From: an uncultured Clostridia bacterium
GTDB taxonomy: Bacteria; Bacillota; Clostridia; Christensenellales; Borkfalkiaceae
Length of the DNA stretch: 64,000 nt
Assembly (NCBI GenBank): GCA_934271265.1
Contig: CAKQRE010000016.1
Coordinates: 21,135 to 85,134 of the forward strand
Direction of reading: 5' to 3'
This document shows, piece by piece, positions 15,419-26,503 of the stretch; the stretch's first letter is position 1, and each line of letters starts with the position of its first letter. A model generated the notes under the pieces. It saw nothing but the letters and a program-made list of their open reading frames with translations, had not been told where the DNA came from and made no database searches. Position numbers and translations under genes: made by a program.

Positions 15419-18400
15419 TTATTTAAAGTATTTTACGGCGGAAAGGAACAGTTTGACGTCGTAATTTCCGGGAACGTTGCGATAGAGATCGGGCGCATAC
15501 CGTTCGGAGTGCCCCATTTTGCCGAACACTCTGCCGTCGGGCGAAGTGATGCCTTCGATCGCGAATGCGGAACCGTTGGGGTTGAAACGGACGTCGGACG
15601 TTGCAGATCCGTTTTCGTCGACGTACTGCGTGGCGATCTGTCCGTTTGCGGCAAGCGAACGGATCAATGCTTCGTCCGCAAGGAAACGCCCTTCGCCGTG
15701 GGAAACGGGCACGCTGTAAATCTCGCCGACTTCCGTTTCCGCAAGCCAGGGCGATTTGTTCGACGCAATGCGCGTGCGGACGATCTTGGACTGATGCCGT
15801 CCGATCTTGTTGAAGGTAAGCGTGGGGCAGGCTTCATTCGTATCGATGATCTTTCCGTAAGGCACGAGCCCGAGTTTGATCAGTGCCTGGAAGCCGTTGC
15901 AGATGCCGAGCATCAGACCGTCTCTCTTTTCTAAGAGTTCGGTAACTTTTTCTTTCACGGCGGCGTTGCGGAAGAATGCGGTGATAAACTTTCCGCTGCC
16001 GTCCGGTTCGTCGCCGCCGCTGAATCCGCCCGGGATAAAGACGATCTGCGACTTGCCGATCTTTTCGGCAAAGGCGTTCACGCTTTCCGTAACGGCAGAC
16101 TGCGTGCGGTTGTTAACGACGAAGATCTCGGGTTCCGCACCCGCGTCGCGCACGGCTTTCGCGCTGTCGTATTCGCAGTTCGTGCCGGGGAATACCGGGA
16201 TCAGAACGCGCGGTTTCGCGAATTTGCTTGCGGAAGAAACTCTTGCGCCCGCGGAATAAGAGAAGGTTTCGATCGGTTCGTCATCCGATCCGATATTGCA
16301 ACGATAAACGCTTTCGAGTTTGTTTTCGTAAGGTGCGGAAAGTTCGGCGAGGGTAACTTTTTCTCCTGCGAAGGATAAGATCTCTTCTGCCGTCGTTTCG
16401 CCGATCTTCTTTCCGCCTTCCGCGGTTTCGCCGTCGGCGATCTCCGCGAGGAAGGAACCGTAGGAATAACCGAAGAGTTCTTTTACGGAGAGGGTGCTTT
16501 CGAAAGCGAATCCGAGCCCGTTTCCGAAACAGCATTTCATCACCGCTTCGGCAATGCCGCCGTACGTCGGGGTATAGCAGGAAACGATCTTTCCTTTCTT
16601 CATCAGTTCGTGGATCGTCGCAAAAACGACGATTTCCGATTCCGCCGTCGGCAGTCCGTTTTTATCGTATACGGGGGAGAAAAGATATACGTTGTTGCCC
16701 GCCTTTTTAAATTCGGGGGAAACGATGTCTTTGGTTTTTGCCGTGGTCACGGCGAAGGAAACGAGGGTGGGGGGAACGTCGAGCTTTTCGAAAGAACCGC
16801 TCATCGAGTCTTTTCCGCCGATCGAGGCAACGCCGAAATCGAGTTGAGCTTTCAGCGCGCCGAGCAGGGCGGAAAGGGGCTTTCCCCAGCGGGACGGATC
16901 TTTGCCGACCCGTTCGAAATATTCCTGGAAGGTAAGGTAAACGTCTTTGAATTCGGCGCCCGTCGCAACGAGTTTCGCAAGCGATTCCGTCACGGCGAGA
17001 TAAGCGCCGTGATAAGGACTTTTTTCGGTGATAAACGGGTTATAGCCCCATGTCATGAGGGAACAATCGTCCGTATGTTTCTTTTCCGCGGAGATTTTCT
17101 GCACCATCGCCTGCGCGGGGGTGAGCTGATTTTTTCCGCCGAAGGGCATAAGCACCGTGCCTGCGCCGATCGTGGAATCGAAGCGTTCGGAAAGCCCGCG
17201 TTTGGAGCAGACGTTCAGATCGCCCGCCAAGGCGAGATAATTTTCGCTAAAGCCGCCCGTTACCTTTTTTTCGAATGCCGACGGGCTTGCCGTTTTTACG
17301 TCGACGTGTTTTTCCGCGCCGTTGGAATTCAAGAACTCGCGGGAAACGTTTACGATGGTTTTTCCGTTCCAGGTCATGGTGAGCCGCGGGTCCTCTTTTA
17401 CGACGGCGACTTTCGTTGCCTGTAAATTCTCCTTTTCGGCAAGTGCGAGGAATTTCGCCTCGTCTTCCTTTGCCACGACGACCGCCATTCTTTCCTGCGA
17501 TTCGCTGATGGCGAGCTCCGTTCCGTCAAGTCCTTCGTATTTTTTCGGTACGGCGTTCAGGTCGATATCGAGCCCGTCGGCAAGTTCGCCGATCGCCACC
17601 GAAACGCCGCCCGCGCCGAAGTCGTTGCAACGCTTGATCAGCCTGCTTGCCTCTTCGTTGCGGAACAGCCGCTGTAATTTTCTCTCTTCGGGGGCGTTGC
17701 CTTTCTGTACTTCCGCGCCGCACGTTTCCAGAGATTTCAAAGTGTGTTTTTTGGAAGATCCCGTTGCGCCGCCGCATCCGTCGCGACCGGTGCGTCCGCC
17801 GAGCAGAATGACGACGTCTCCCGGGATCGGGCGTTCTCTGCGCACGTTCTCCGCAGGCGCCGCGGCGATCACCGCGCCGATCTCCATGCGTTTTGCCGCA
17901 TATCCGTCGTGGTAGATCTCGTCCACGATGCCCGTCGCGAGACCGATCTGGTTGCCATAGGAAGAATAGCCGTCCGCCGCGCCCGTCACGATCTTTCTCT
18001 GAGGAAGTTTTCCCGGGAGAGTTTCGTTTACGGGGGTAAGCGGGTTTGCCGCGCCCGTCACGCGCATCGCGCCGTATACGTAAGATCTGCCGGAAAGAGG
18101 ATCGCGGATCGCCCCGCCGATACAGGTCGCCGCGCCGCCGAACGGTTCGATCTCCGTCGGGTGGTTGTGCGTTTCGTTTTTAAACAGGAGAAGCCAGTCT
18201 TCCTCTTTTCCGTCGGCGTTCACTTTGATTTTTACCGTGCAGGCGTTGATCTCTTCCGATTCGTCGAGTTTGTCGAGTTTTCCTTGCTTCTTCAGGTATT
18301 TTGCCGCAATGGTGGCAAGATCCATCAGACAGACGGGCTTGTTTTCTCTGCCGAGTGTTTTCCGGATCTTCAGATATTCGTTAAATTCGCTTTCGAGGAG

Positions 18401-19117
18401 GGGATCTTCGAAGGATACGTTGTCGATATGGGTGAGGAAGGTGGTATGGCGGCAGTGATCCGACCAGTAGGTGTCGATCATGCGGATCTCCGTGATCGTC
18501 GGGTTTCTTTTTTCCGTGCGGAAATAATCGCGGCAGAAACGGGCGTCGTCCTCGTCCATCGCGAGAGAATATTTTTTCACGAATTCTGAAAGCCCTGCTT
18601 CGTCGAGATCGATGAATCCGTCGATCGTGGCGACTTCGGAAGGGATCTGATACACGGCGGCGAGTGTTTCCGGTTTTCCGAGATTCGCTTCGCGCGCTTC
18701 TACGGGGTTGATCACGTATTTTTTGATCGCTTCCAGTTCATTCTCCGTCACGTTGCCGTAAAGCAGATATTCTTTTGCCGTGCGAACGATCGGGCGTTCT
18801 TTCTGCGAGATCAGCTGGATGCACTGCGCGGCGGAATCGGCACGTTGATCGAACTGCCCGGGGAGGTATTCTACGGCAAACACGGTCGCGCCGCTATAGT
18901 CCGGCGTTTCGTATGTGATATCCGTCTGCGGCTCGGAGAACACCGTTTTCACGGCATAGTCGAAAAGAGATTTTTCGATCCCTTCCGCATCGTAGCGGTT
19001 TAAGATCTTTAAGTTTTTCACCGAGGTTATGCCGAGAAGGTTGTTGATATCCGATAACAGCGAACGGGACGCGCCCGCCGCGACTTCTTTCTTTTCCGTA
19101 TAGATACGATAAACCAT
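15419..19117 (-). CDS. purL: phosphoribosylformylglycinamidine synthase (single-chain large PurL)
   Basis: 1232 aa with an FGAM synthase AIRS-like repeat and a C-terminal glutaminase domain (GICNGFQ). Confidence 0.95.
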   Translation of the reverse strand: MVYRIYTEKKEVAAGASRSLLSDINNLLGITSVKNLKILNRYDAEGIEKSLFDYAVKTVFSEPQTDITYETPDYSGATVFAVEYLPGQFDQRADSAAQCIQLISQKERPIVRTAKEYLLYGNVTENELEAIKKYVINPVEAREANLGKPETLAAVYQIPSEVATIDGFIDLDEAGLSEFVKKYSLAMDEDDARFCRDYFRTEKRNPTITEIRMIDTYWSDHCRHTTFLTHIDNVSFEDPLLESEFNEYLKIRKTLGRENKPVCLMDLATIAAKYLKKQGKLDKLDESEEINACTVKIKVNADGKEEDWLLLFKNETHNHPTEIEPFGGAATCIGGAIRDPLSGRSYVYGAMRVTGAANPLTPVNETLPGKLPQRKIVTGAADGYSSYGNQIGLATGIVDEIYHDGYAAKRMEIGAVIAAAPAENVRRERPIPGDVVILLGGRTGRDGCGGATGSSKKHTLKSLETCGAEVQKGNAPEERKLQRLFRNEEASRLIKRCNDFGAGGVSVAIGELADGLDIDLNAVPKKYEGLDGTELAISESQERMAVVVAKEDEAKFLALAEKENLQATKVAVVKEDPRLTMTWNGKTIVNVSREFLNSNGAEKHVDVKTASPSAFEKKVTGGFSENYLALAGDLNVCSKRGLSERFDSTIGAGTVLMPFGGKNQLTPAQAMVQKISAEKKHTDDCSLMTWGYNPFITEKSPYHGAYLAVTESLAKLVATGAEFKDVYLTFQEYFERVGKDPSRWGKPLSALLGALKAQLDFGVASIGGKDSMSGSFEKLDVPPTLVSFAVTTAKTKDIVSPEFKKAGNNVYLFSPVYDKNGLPTAESEIVVFATIHELMKKGKIVSCYTPTYGGIAEAVMKCCFGNGLGFAFESTLSVKELFGYSYGSFLAEIADGETAEGGKKIGETTAEEILSFAGEKVTLAELSAPYENKLESVYRCNIGSDDEPIETFSYSAGARVSSASKFAKPRVLIPVFPGTNCEYDSAKAVRDAGAEPEIFVVNNRTQSAVTESVNAFAEKIGKSQIVFIPGGFSGGDEPDGSGKFITAFFRNAAVKEKVTELLEKRDGLMLGICNGFQALIKLGLVPYGKIIDTNEACPTLTFNKIGRHQSKIVRTRIASNKSPWLAETEVGEIYSVPVSHGEGRFLADEALIRSLAANGQIATQYVDENGSATSDVRFNPNGSAFAIEGITSPDGRVFGKMGHSERYAPDLYRNVPGNYDVKLFLSAVKYFK

Positions 19118-19183
19118 AATGTCGTTCTCCTGAGATCCGCCGCGCGTTATCCCGGCGGCGGACGAAAATTGATGAGATCTCTT

Positions 19184-20458
19184 TTACTTTGCGTTTCCGG
19201 AGCGAAGGGCTTTCGCGCCGATATCCTTGCGGAAGTATTCGTTTTCGAAATGAATCTTTCCGGCTTTTTCATAGGCTTTTTTCACGGCTTCCCGCAGGGT
19301 TGCCGCCGTAGCGGTCACGCCGAGCACTCTTCCGCCCGCCGTAACGAGTTCGCCTTTTTCGTTCGTCTTTGCCCCCGCGAATAAAATATCGTCCGCTACG
19401 TCTTCGGGGAAGGAGATCGGATAACCCGTTTTATAAGAAGAGGGATATCCGTCGGACGCCAGCACGACGCATGCGCACGCGCCGTCCGAAAACTCCGTTT
19501 TGATTTCGGAAAGAGTGCCGTTCGTTACCGCCTGCATCACGGTGAGAAGATCGGTTTTCAGAAGGGGCAGAACGACCTGCGTTTCGGGGTCGCCGAAACG
19601 GCAGTTGTATTCAATGACTTTCGGCCCGTTTTTCGTCAGCATGAGACCGAAATACAAACACCCTTTAAAAGTACGACCTTCGGCGTTCATGGCGGCGATC
19701 GTCGGAAGAAAGATCTTTTGCATACATTCTTCGGCGATCTCCGGTGTGTAGAAGGGGTTGGGGGCGATCGTGCCCATGCCGCCCGTGTTCAGACCTTCGT
19801 CGCCGTCGTGCGCGCGTTTATGATCCATGGAAGAAACCATGGGTACGATCGTTTTGCCGTCCGTAAACGAGAGAACGGATACTTCGGGGCCTTCGAGAAA
19901 TTCTTCGATCACCACGCTTGCGCCGCTTTCGCCGAACACCTTGTCTTCCATCATGGAACGCGCCGCCGCGATCGCTTCTTCCCGCGTCTGCGCGACGATC
20001 ACCCCTTTGCCGAGGGCGAGTCCGTCCGCCTTCACAACGACGGGAACGGGGCACGTCGCGAGATAGGCGAGGGCGGAAGGCAGATCGCGGAAGGTTTCGT
20101 AAGCCGCGGTCGGGATCCCGTATTTTTTCATCAGGTTTTTTGCGAAAACCTTGCTTCCCTCGATGATCGCCGCCTTCTTTTCCGGTCCGAAACAGGGAAC
20201 GCCGATCTTCCCGAGTTCGTCTGCCGCGCCGAGAACGAGGGGATCGTCCGGGGTGACTACGGCGTAATCGATCTTATTTTCCTTCGCGAAATTCACGATC
20301 GCGGGGATATCTTTCGCTCCGATCGGAACGCAGGTCGCGTCGCGCGCGATGCCGCCGTTTCCGGGCAGAACGTAAATTTCGGTCACCTGCGGGTTTTCCT
20401 TCAGTTTTTTTACGACGGCGTGTTCTCTTCCTCCGCCGCCGATGACCATGATCTTCAT
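19184..20458 (-). CDS. purD: phosphoribosylamine--glycine ligase
   Basis: MKIMVIGGGGREHA... ATP-grasp fold. 424 aa. Confidence 0.95.
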   Translation of the reverse strand: MKIMVIGGGGREHAVVKKLKENPQVTEIYVLPGNGGIARDATCVPIGAKDIPAIVNFAKENKIDYAVVTPDDPLVLGAADELGKIGVPCFGPEKKAAIIEGSKVFAKNLMKKYGIPTAAYETFRDLPSALAYLATCPVPVVVKADGLALGKGVIVAQTREEAIAAARSMMEDKVFGESGASVVIEEFLEGPEVSVLSFTDGKTIVPMVSSMDHKRAHDGDEGLNTGGMGTIAPNPFYTPEIAEECMQKIFLPTIAAMNAEGRTFKGCLYFGLMLTKNGPKVIEYNCRFGDPETQVVLPLLKTDLLTVMQAVTNGTLSEIKTEFSDGACACVVLASDGYPSSYKTGYPISFPEDVADDILFAGAKTNEKGELVTAGGRVLGVTATAATLREAVKKAYEKAGKIHFENEYFRKDIGAKALRSGNAK

Positions 20459-20512
20459 GTCGCTATTCGGTCTCCTTATCGAAATGTGCGTTTATCGACT
20501 TATAAACGGTTT

Positions 20513-21697
20513 TTAATGGTGGAAAAGTCTCAATCCCGTGAAAGCCATTGCGATCCCGTACCGGTCGCAACGATCGATCACGCTCTGATCGCGGATGGAA
20601 CCGCCCGGCTGCGCGATATAGGATACGCCGCTTTTGTAGGCGCGGTCGATGTTGTCGTCAAAGGGGAAGAAGGCGTCCGATCCGAGAGAAACGCCGCGGA
20701 TCGAGGAGAGGTACTCCGCGATCTCTTTCTGCGTGAACGGTTCGGGACGACGGGTGAAGTATTTCTGCCATACGCCTTCGGCGCAGAAGTCTTCTTCGTT
20801 GTGGTTGATATAGCCGTCGATCACGTTGTTACGGTCGGGGCGGGAAAGATCCTCCCGGAAGGGAAGGTTCTGAACTTTGTCCGCCTGGCGGAGAAACCAG
20901 GTGTCCGCCTTTCCGCCTGCAAGCCTGGTGCAGTGGATGCGGGACTGTTGCCCCGCGCCTACGCCGATCGCCTGCCCTTCGTAAGCGTAGCAGACGGAAT
21001 TGGATTGCGTGTATTTCAGCGTGATAAGGGCGACGACGAGATCTCTCTTCGCCTCTTCGGGAAGATCTTTGTTTTTTGTCACCACGTTCGCAAGGAGAGA
21101 TCCGTCGATCTTGCAGTCGTTTCTTCCCTGTTCGAACGTGACGCCGAAAACCTGTTTTTTCTCGCGCGGGGCGGGAACGTAAGAGGGGTCGATCTTAACG
21201 ATATTGTAGGCTCCCTTTCTCTTCGTTTTCAGAAGCTCGAGAGCTTCGGGCGAATAAGAAGGGGCGATCACGCCGTCGGAAACTTCGCGCGCGAGAATTT
21301 TCGCGGTGGTGAGGTCGCATTCGTCCGAAAGGGCGACCCAGTCTCCGAAGGAACACATGCGGTCGGTCCCGCGGGCGCGGGCATAAGCGCAGGCGAGCGG
21401 GGATTCGTTCAGCCCTTCGATGTCTTCGACGAAGCATGCCTTGGCAACCTTTTCGGAAAGGGGAATGCCGATCGCCGCGCCGGACGGGCTTACGTGTTTA
21501 AAAGACGCCGCCGCGGGCACGGAAAGGGCGGTTTTCAGTTCCTTTACGAGCTGCCACGAGTTCAGGGCGTCGAGAAAATTGATATATCCCGGCTTTCCGT
21601 TTAAGATCTCCACGGGAAGATCTTCGCCGTTTTCCATATAAATGCGCGCGGGTTTCTGGTTCGGATTACACCCGTATTTCAGTTCGAATTCTTTCAT
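20513..21697 (-). CDS. purH: AICAR formyltransferase (AICARFT domain only)
   Basis: 394 aa. Lacks the MGS-like IMP cyclohydrolase domain. KYGCNPNQ, SFKHVSPSGAA and GAGQQSRI motifs are present. Confidence 0.85.
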   Translation of the reverse strand: MKEFELKYGCNPNQKPARIYMENGEDLPVEILNGKPGYINFLDALNSWQLVKELKTALSVPAAASFKHVSPSGAAIGIPLSEKVAKACFVEDIEGLNESPLACAYARARGTDRMCSFGDWVALSDECDLTTAKILAREVSDGVIAPSYSPEALELLKTKRKGAYNIVKIDPSYVPAPREKKQVFGVTFEQGRNDCKIDGSLLANVVTKNKDLPEEAKRDLVVALITLKYTQSNSVCYAYEGQAIGVGAGQQSRIHCTRLAGGKADTWFLRQADKVQNLPFREDLSRPDRNNVIDGYINHNEEDFCAEGVWQKYFTRRPEPFTQKEIAEYLSSIRGVSLGSDAFFPFDDNIDRAYKSGVSYIAQPGGSIRDQSVIDRCDRYGIAMAFTGLRLFHH

Positions 21698-21735
21698 TCC
21701 GATCGGTCTCCAAATTTTAATCGTGTTATAGGCTT

Positions 21736-22464
21736 TTATTTTACGTGTTTATTATACAGTTTTTCCTTGTAGGATAAGTCGGAAAGGTCGGTGTAGCGCA
21801 CGTAAAGGGAAATTTTGTTTTCTTTGTCGAGAGAGTTCCAGAGTTTTTCCGAGAAGACGGAAAGGTCGTCGTCGGTCGCAACGCGCACCGGCTCTCCGCG
21901 GAAGGTCGGCAACGGATCCCCGTTGTTTTCGTACGTGCGGATAAAGTGTCCGAGTCCCGCCTTCATGGGGTAGGAGAAGGTATATCTCGCGCAGTCGCTG
22001 CCCGTTTCGTCAACGCTTTTTAAAATGCTCATTTCATAGCGCGGCGTTTTTCCGAAATAAAAGATGCCGCTGATGCGCGGGGTGAAATTCGGCGCGTCCG
22101 GTTCGAAACAACGGGAAGCGAGGGCTTCCGTAAACGTTTTTCCTTCGGCTATCCCGTCGCATACGGTATCCGTCTGATCGCCGTTCGTCACCACGAGATC
22201 TTTGCCCGCAAAGCGCACGGCATTATAGATGATAAGGGAGGGGTCGGACACTTTCGAAAGGTCGAAAGGTTCCGTTTTTACCGTTCCGTCCGGGGAGACG
22301 GAGAACACGCGGTTGCGGCTGTTTTCGCTTCTTCCCGAAATGAAATACGCCGCGACGGCATATTTCCCGTTCGGCGTAACGCCGAGGACGATCCCTCTTC
22401 CGGGATAGGTAAGCCCGGAGAGGACGTCTTCCGCTTTCAGTACGCTGTATGTGTTTTCGTTCAT
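21736..22464 (-). CDS. IMP cyclohydrolase (PurO-like, stand-alone)
   Basis: Start MNENTYS at 22464 overlaps the purN stop (ATGA). YPGRGIVLG...YFISGRSENSRNRVF is typical of the IMP_cyclohyd family. Confidence 0.8.
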   Translation of the reverse strand: MNENTYSVLKAEDVLSGLTYPGRGIVLGVTPNGKYAVAAYFISGRSENSRNRVFSVSPDGTVKTEPFDLSKVSDPSLIIYNAVRFAGKDLVVTNGDQTDTVCDGIAEGKTFTEALASRCFEPDAPNFTPRISGIFYFGKTPRYEMSILKSVDETGSDCARYTFSYPMKAGLGHFIRTYENNGDPLPTFRGEPVRVATDDDLSVFSEKLWNSLDKENKISLYVRYTDLSDLSYKEKLYNKHVK

Positions 22465-23120
22465 GTTCGGTCTCCTTGTTTTCTTGCGGACAGCAGGTTG
22501 CCGCATACTTTCTCGGTCGCGGCGGGAAGAAGGATCCATTCCGCTTCCCTCATGACCCGCTGTTGTAAAATTTCGGGGGTGTCGCCTTCTTCTACGGCAA
22601 CGGCTTTCTGCATCACGATCTTTCCGCCGTCCGGGATCTCGTTTACGAAATGTACGGTCGCGCCCGTTACTTTTACGCCGCGGGAAAGCGCAGCCTCGTG
22701 CACTTTCAGTCCGTAAAAACCCTTTCCGCAGAAGGAGGGGATCAGGGACGGGTGCACGTTTAAGATCCTTTCGGGAAAGCGTCTGACGAAATCTTCGCTT
22801 AAAATGCGCAGAAAACCCGCAAGCACGATCACGCCGATCTTTTTTTCTTTGAGAAGGCTTAAAAGTTGTTTTTCGAAGGCTTCCTGCGAGCCTGCTTTTT
22901 TATAATCGACCACCGCGGTCTCCACCCCCGCGTTTTTCGCGCGGGTGAGGGCGAAAGCCGTATCCTTGTCGGACACGACGAGGGAAATTTTTGCAGAAGG
23001 CATACGCCCCGCCTTGCTTTCGTCCAGAAGTGCCTGCAGGTTCGTGCCGCCCCCGGAGACGAATACGCAAACGGAAATCTTGTCTTCCGCGCAGGCGATC
23101 CGGTTGCTTGCGGCGGTCAT
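22461..23120 (-). CDS. purN: phosphoribosylglycinamide formyltransferase
   Basis: [25 protein letters not shown] overlap with purM. Confidence 0.9.
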   Translation of the reverse strand: MTAASNRIACAEDKISVCVFVSGGGTNLQALLDESKAGRMPSAKISLVVSDKDTAFALTRAKNAGVETAVVDYKKAGSQEAFEKQLLSLLKEKKIGVIVLAGFLRILSEDFVRRFPERILNVHPSLIPSFCGKGFYGLKVHEAALSRGVKVTGATVHFVNEIPDGGKIVMQKAVAVEEGDTPEILQQRVMREAEWILLPAATEKVCGNLLSARKQGDRT

Positions 23121-24157
23121 AAAAGGGTGACCTTCGTTTCCGATTTTACGATTCTGCCGATGGTGTAGGCGTTCTCTCCGTTCGCTTTCAGGATCCCGAG
23201 CGCCTGATCCTCGTCTTCTTTCGCCACGACGACGCTCATGCCGACGCCCATGTTGAAGGTGTTGAACATGTCTCTTTCGTCGATGTTGCCTTCTTTCCGG
23301 ATAAGGTCGAAGACGGGAAGAATTCTGATCTTCGATTTTTCGATCTCCGCGCCGAGCCCGTCGGGGATACTTCTCGGAATATTTTCGAAAAATCCGCCGC
23401 CGGTGATGTGAGAAACCCCTTTCACCGTAATTTTATCGAAGAGGGCGAGCATGGGTTTTACGTAGATTCTCGTGGGCGTGAGAAGAGTTTCTCCGAGAGA
23501 CGCGCCGCCGAGTTCGGCAAGGGGAGCTTTCAGATCTCTTTTTTCCACGTCGAACACTTTTCTTACAAGAGAGAATCCGTTGGAGTGAACGCCGCTCGAG
23601 GGAAGGGCGATGATCACGTCTCCCTCCTTCATGGAAGAGTTGTCCAGAATTTTCTTTTTATCGACCGCGCCGACGGCAAAACCGGCAAGGTCGTATTCGT
23701 CTGCGGGATAGAAACCGGGCATTTCCGCCGTTTCTCCGCCGATCAGCGCGGCGCCGCTCTGCACGCAGCCTTCCGCGACCCCTTTTACGATATCGGCGAT
23801 CTTTTCCGGCTCGTTTTTACCGCAGGCGATATAGTCGAGAAAGAAAAGAGGTTTCGCGCCGCAGCAGATCACGTCGTTCACGCACATGGCAACGCAGTCG
23901 ATACCGACCGTGTCGTGCTTGTTCATGAGGAAGGCGAGTTTCAGTTTCGTGCCGACGCCGTCCGTGCCGCTGACGAGCACGGGGCGTTCCATTCCCTTGA
24001 CGTCAAGTTCGAAAAGCCCTCCGAATCCGCCGACGTCCGAGCATACGCCCGAAGTCATCGTGCGGGCGATGTGTTTTTTCATCAGTTCTACCGCTTTGTA
24101 TCCCGCCGTGATATCTACGCCCGCATCCGCATAGGCTTTGGAATGAGAATCTTTCAT
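23117..24157 (-). CDS. purM: phosphoribosylformylglycinamidine cyclo-ligase (AIR synthetase)
   Basis: SYADAGVDI...[12 protein letters not shown] motifs. 346 aa. Confidence 0.95.
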   Translation of the reverse strand: MKDSHSKAYADAGVDITAGYKAVELMKKHIARTMTSGVCSDVGGFGGLFELDVKGMERPVLVSGTDGVGTKLKLAFLMNKHDTVGIDCVAMCVNDVICCGAKPLFFLDYIACGKNEPEKIADIVKGVAEGCVQSGAALIGGETAEMPGFYPADEYDLAGFAVGAVDKKKILDNSSMKEGDVIIALPSSGVHSNGFSLVRKVFDVEKRDLKAPLAELGGASLGETLLTPTRIYVKPMLALFDKITVKGVSHITGGGFFENIPRSIPDGLGAEIEKSKIRILPVFDLIRKEGNIDERDMFNTFNMGVGMSVVVAKEDEDQALGILKANGENAYTIGRIVKSETKVTLL

Positions 24158-24176
24158 AATAGCTCCTTTCTTCTGA

Positions 24177-25613
24177 TTATTCTTTTTCGTTTGCCGATAT
24201 TTTCGTTTCGAATCTGTTTTTCATCGGGGCGGCGGGGATCTCCGTCGGGTAAGCCCCGTCGAAACAAGCCGTGCAGTATCCCGTACCGTTGATCCCTTTT
24301 GCGATCTGTTTCACGCTGTTTACGCTTAAGTATCCGAGGGAATCCACGCCGATCAGTTTCGCGATCTCGTCCACCGTATGGTGGCAGGCGATCAGGTTCT
24401 CGCGGGAATCGATGTCCGTTCCGTAATAACAGGGGTTCAGAAACGGCGGGGCGGAAACGCGCATGTGAATTTCTTTCGCGCCCGCTTCGCGCAGAAGTTT
24501 TACGATGCGCGCGCTCGTCGTTCCGCGTACGATCGAATCGTCTATCATAACGACCCTCTTGCCTCTTACGACGTCCGGTATGGGGTTCAGCTTGATTTTT
24601 ACCTTGTCTTCGCGGCTCTTCTGTCCGGGCGCGATGAAAGTTCTGCCGATGTATTTGTTCTTGATGAATCCGAGTTCGTAGGGAATGCCCGATTGTTTGG
24701 AATATCCGATCGCCGCGTCGATGCCGGAATCGGGCACGCCGATCACGACGTCCGCCTGAACGGGGTGTTCGAGGGCGAGGAATGCGCCCGCGCGAAGCCT
24801 TGCCGTATGAACGCAGCTGCCTTCGATCACCGAATCGGGGCGGGCGAAGTAAATGTATTCAAACACGCAGAGGGTATGCGGCGCCTTGTTGCAATGCTCT
24901 TCGATGGAACGGATCCCGTTTTTATCGAACACGAGGATCTCCCCGGGACGGACGTCGCGAACGAAAGTCGCGCCGACGGCGTCAAGCGCGCAGCTTTCGG
25001 AGGCGACCACATATCTTCCGTCCTCCGTTTTGCCGTAGCAGAGAGGGCGGAAACCGTTTTCGTCTCTCACGGCGATCAGTTTGGAAGGGGAGGCGATCAC
25101 GAGGGAGTACGCCCCGCGCAGTTTGTTCATCGCCGCGTTTACCGCCTCTTCGATCGAGGGGGCGGTAAGCCTTGCTTTCGTGATGATATAAGAAATGACT
25201 TCGGTATCGCTCGTCGTGTGGAAAATAGATCCCTGCAATTCGAGTTCCTTTCTCAGTTCCGCCGAATTGACGAGATTTCCGTTGTGCGCGAGCGCCATTC
25301 TGCCTTTCACGTGGTTCACAACGATCGGTTGCGCGTTCGCGCGGTCGTTCGTGCCCGTCGTGCCGTAGCGTACGTGCCCTACCGCGATGTTGCCTTCGCC
25401 GAGCCGCGCCAGGTTTTCGGGGGTGAAAACGTCGTTTACGAGCCCCGTGTCCTTATACGACGTAAAAACGCCGTCGTCGTTTACCACGATCCCGCACGAT
25501 TCCTGTCCGCGGTGCTGCAGGGCGAAAAGCCCGTAATAAGTCGTCCCGGCAACGTTCGTCGCTTCGGTGGAAAATACGCCGAAAACGCCGCACTCTTCTC
25601 TCAAATTACTCAT
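24177..25613 (-). CDS. purF: amidophosphoribosyltransferase
   Basis: EECGVFG N-terminal nucleophile Cys and a PRTase motif [13 protein letters not shown]. Confidence 0.95.
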   Translation of the reverse strand: MSNLREECGVFGVFSTEATNVAGTTYYGLFALQHRGQESCGIVVNDDGVFTSYKDTGLVNDVFTPENLARLGEGNIAVGHVRYGTTGTNDRANAQPIVVNHVKGRMALAHNGNLVNSAELRKELELQGSIFHTTSDTEVISYIITKARLTAPSIEEAVNAAMNKLRGAYSLVIASPSKLIAVRDENGFRPLCYGKTEDGRYVVASESCALDAVGATFVRDVRPGEILVFDKNGIRSIEEHCNKAPHTLCVFEYIYFARPDSVIEGSCVHTARLRAGAFLALEHPVQADVVIGVPDSGIDAAIGYSKQSGIPYELGFIKNKYIGRTFIAPGQKSREDKVKIKLNPIPDVVRGKRVVMIDDSIVRGTTSARIVKLLREAGAKEIHMRVSAPPFLNPCYYGTDIDSRENLIACHHTVDEIAKLIGVDSLGYLSVNSVKQIAKGINGTGYCTACFDGAYPTEIPAAPMKNRFETKISANEKE

Positions 25614-25728
25614 ATTGTCTGTCTGTTTCCTTGCGGTGAATTGTCGTTCTTTTGATTCGGCAACTTATAGAAGCGGAAGAATATCCGCACCTATAAGCCG
25701 ATAAACGGGTATTTTTCGGATCCTTTGC

Positions 25729-26436
25729 TCAGCCGAAGACCCTTTTCATCATTTCTTTATAAGCGTCTTCCACGCCGCCCATGTCTCTGCGGAAGCGATC
25801 CTTGTCGAGTTTCTCGTTCGTGGTCGCGTCCCAGAAACGGCAGGTGTCGGGGGAGATCTCGTCGGCAAGGATGATCTTTCCGTCGGGAAGTCTGCCGAAT
25901 TCCAGTTTGAAGTCGATGAGTTTCACGTTGAGGGAAAGGAAATACTCTTTCAGGATCTCGTTGATCCTGAACGCCATGGATTTGATCTCGTCGATTTCCT
26001 CTTTCGTGGCGAGACCGAGCGCGAGCGCGTGATATTCGTTTAAAAGAGGATCGTGAAGCTCGTCGTTTTTATAGGAAAATTCGATGGTCGGCGTTTTGAA
26101 AACGATGCCTTCGGGAACGCCGTAACGCTTTGCGAACGAACCTGCCGAAACGTTGCGGATAATGACTTCCAGGGGAACGATGGAAACTTTTTTCACAAGG
26201 GTCTCTCTGTCGTTGAGTTCTTCCACGATATGGGTGGGGATACCGTGTTTTTCCAGAAGTCTGCACAGATAATCGGTCATTTTGTTGTTGATCGCGCCTT
26301 TGCCGACGATCGTGCCTTTCTTCAGCCCGTCGAGAGCGGTTGCATCGTCTTTATAAGAGACGATCACAAGGTCGGGATCTTCCGTCGCGAAGACTTTTTT
26401 TGCTTTGCCTTCATAAAGCTGTTCTTTCTTTTCCAT
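25729..26436 (-). CDS. purC: SAICAR synthase
   Basis: [10 protein letters not shown]... 235 aa. Confidence 0.95.
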   Translation of the reverse strand: MEKKEQLYEGKAKKVFATEDPDLVIVSYKDDATALDGLKKGTIVGKGAINNKMTDYLCRLLEKHGIPTHIVEELNDRETLVKKVSIVPLEVIIRNVSAGSFAKRYGVPEGIVFKTPTIEFSYKNDELHDPLLNEYHALALGLATKEEIDEIKSMAFRINEILKEYFLSLNVKLIDFKLEFGRLPDGKIILADEISPDTCRFWDATTNEKLDKDRFRRDMGGVEDAYKEMMKRVFG

Positions 26437-26503
26437 ATCGGATTACCTCCGTAAAATTGATTTTCTGATTGATAAAACGTTTCAGGTCGTTTGTTTTTGC
26501 CGC

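Noticed and set aside
15409-15419. CTATAAG[C/T]CGAT 11-13-mers recurring at 15409, 25691, 20491 (reverse) and 34636 (reverse) in intergenic spots.
   Set aside because: By my estimate, hundreds of repeated 11-mers are expected by chance in 64 kb. Orientation and context are inconsistent.
19718-21604. A long 628-aa plus-strand ORF. Similar long ORFs occur at 24378-25655, 16610-17425, 17744-18589, 3453-4886 (minus), 27668-29380 (minus), 45025-46491 (minus), 48542-50104 (minus), 52260-53339 (minus), 31080-31985 and 23408-24292.
   Set aside because: All lie antisense to, or out of frame with, genes that have clear family signatures (pur genes, rumA, SBPs, GHs). They have Arg/Gly/Phe-rich shadow-ORF composition and lack RBSs.
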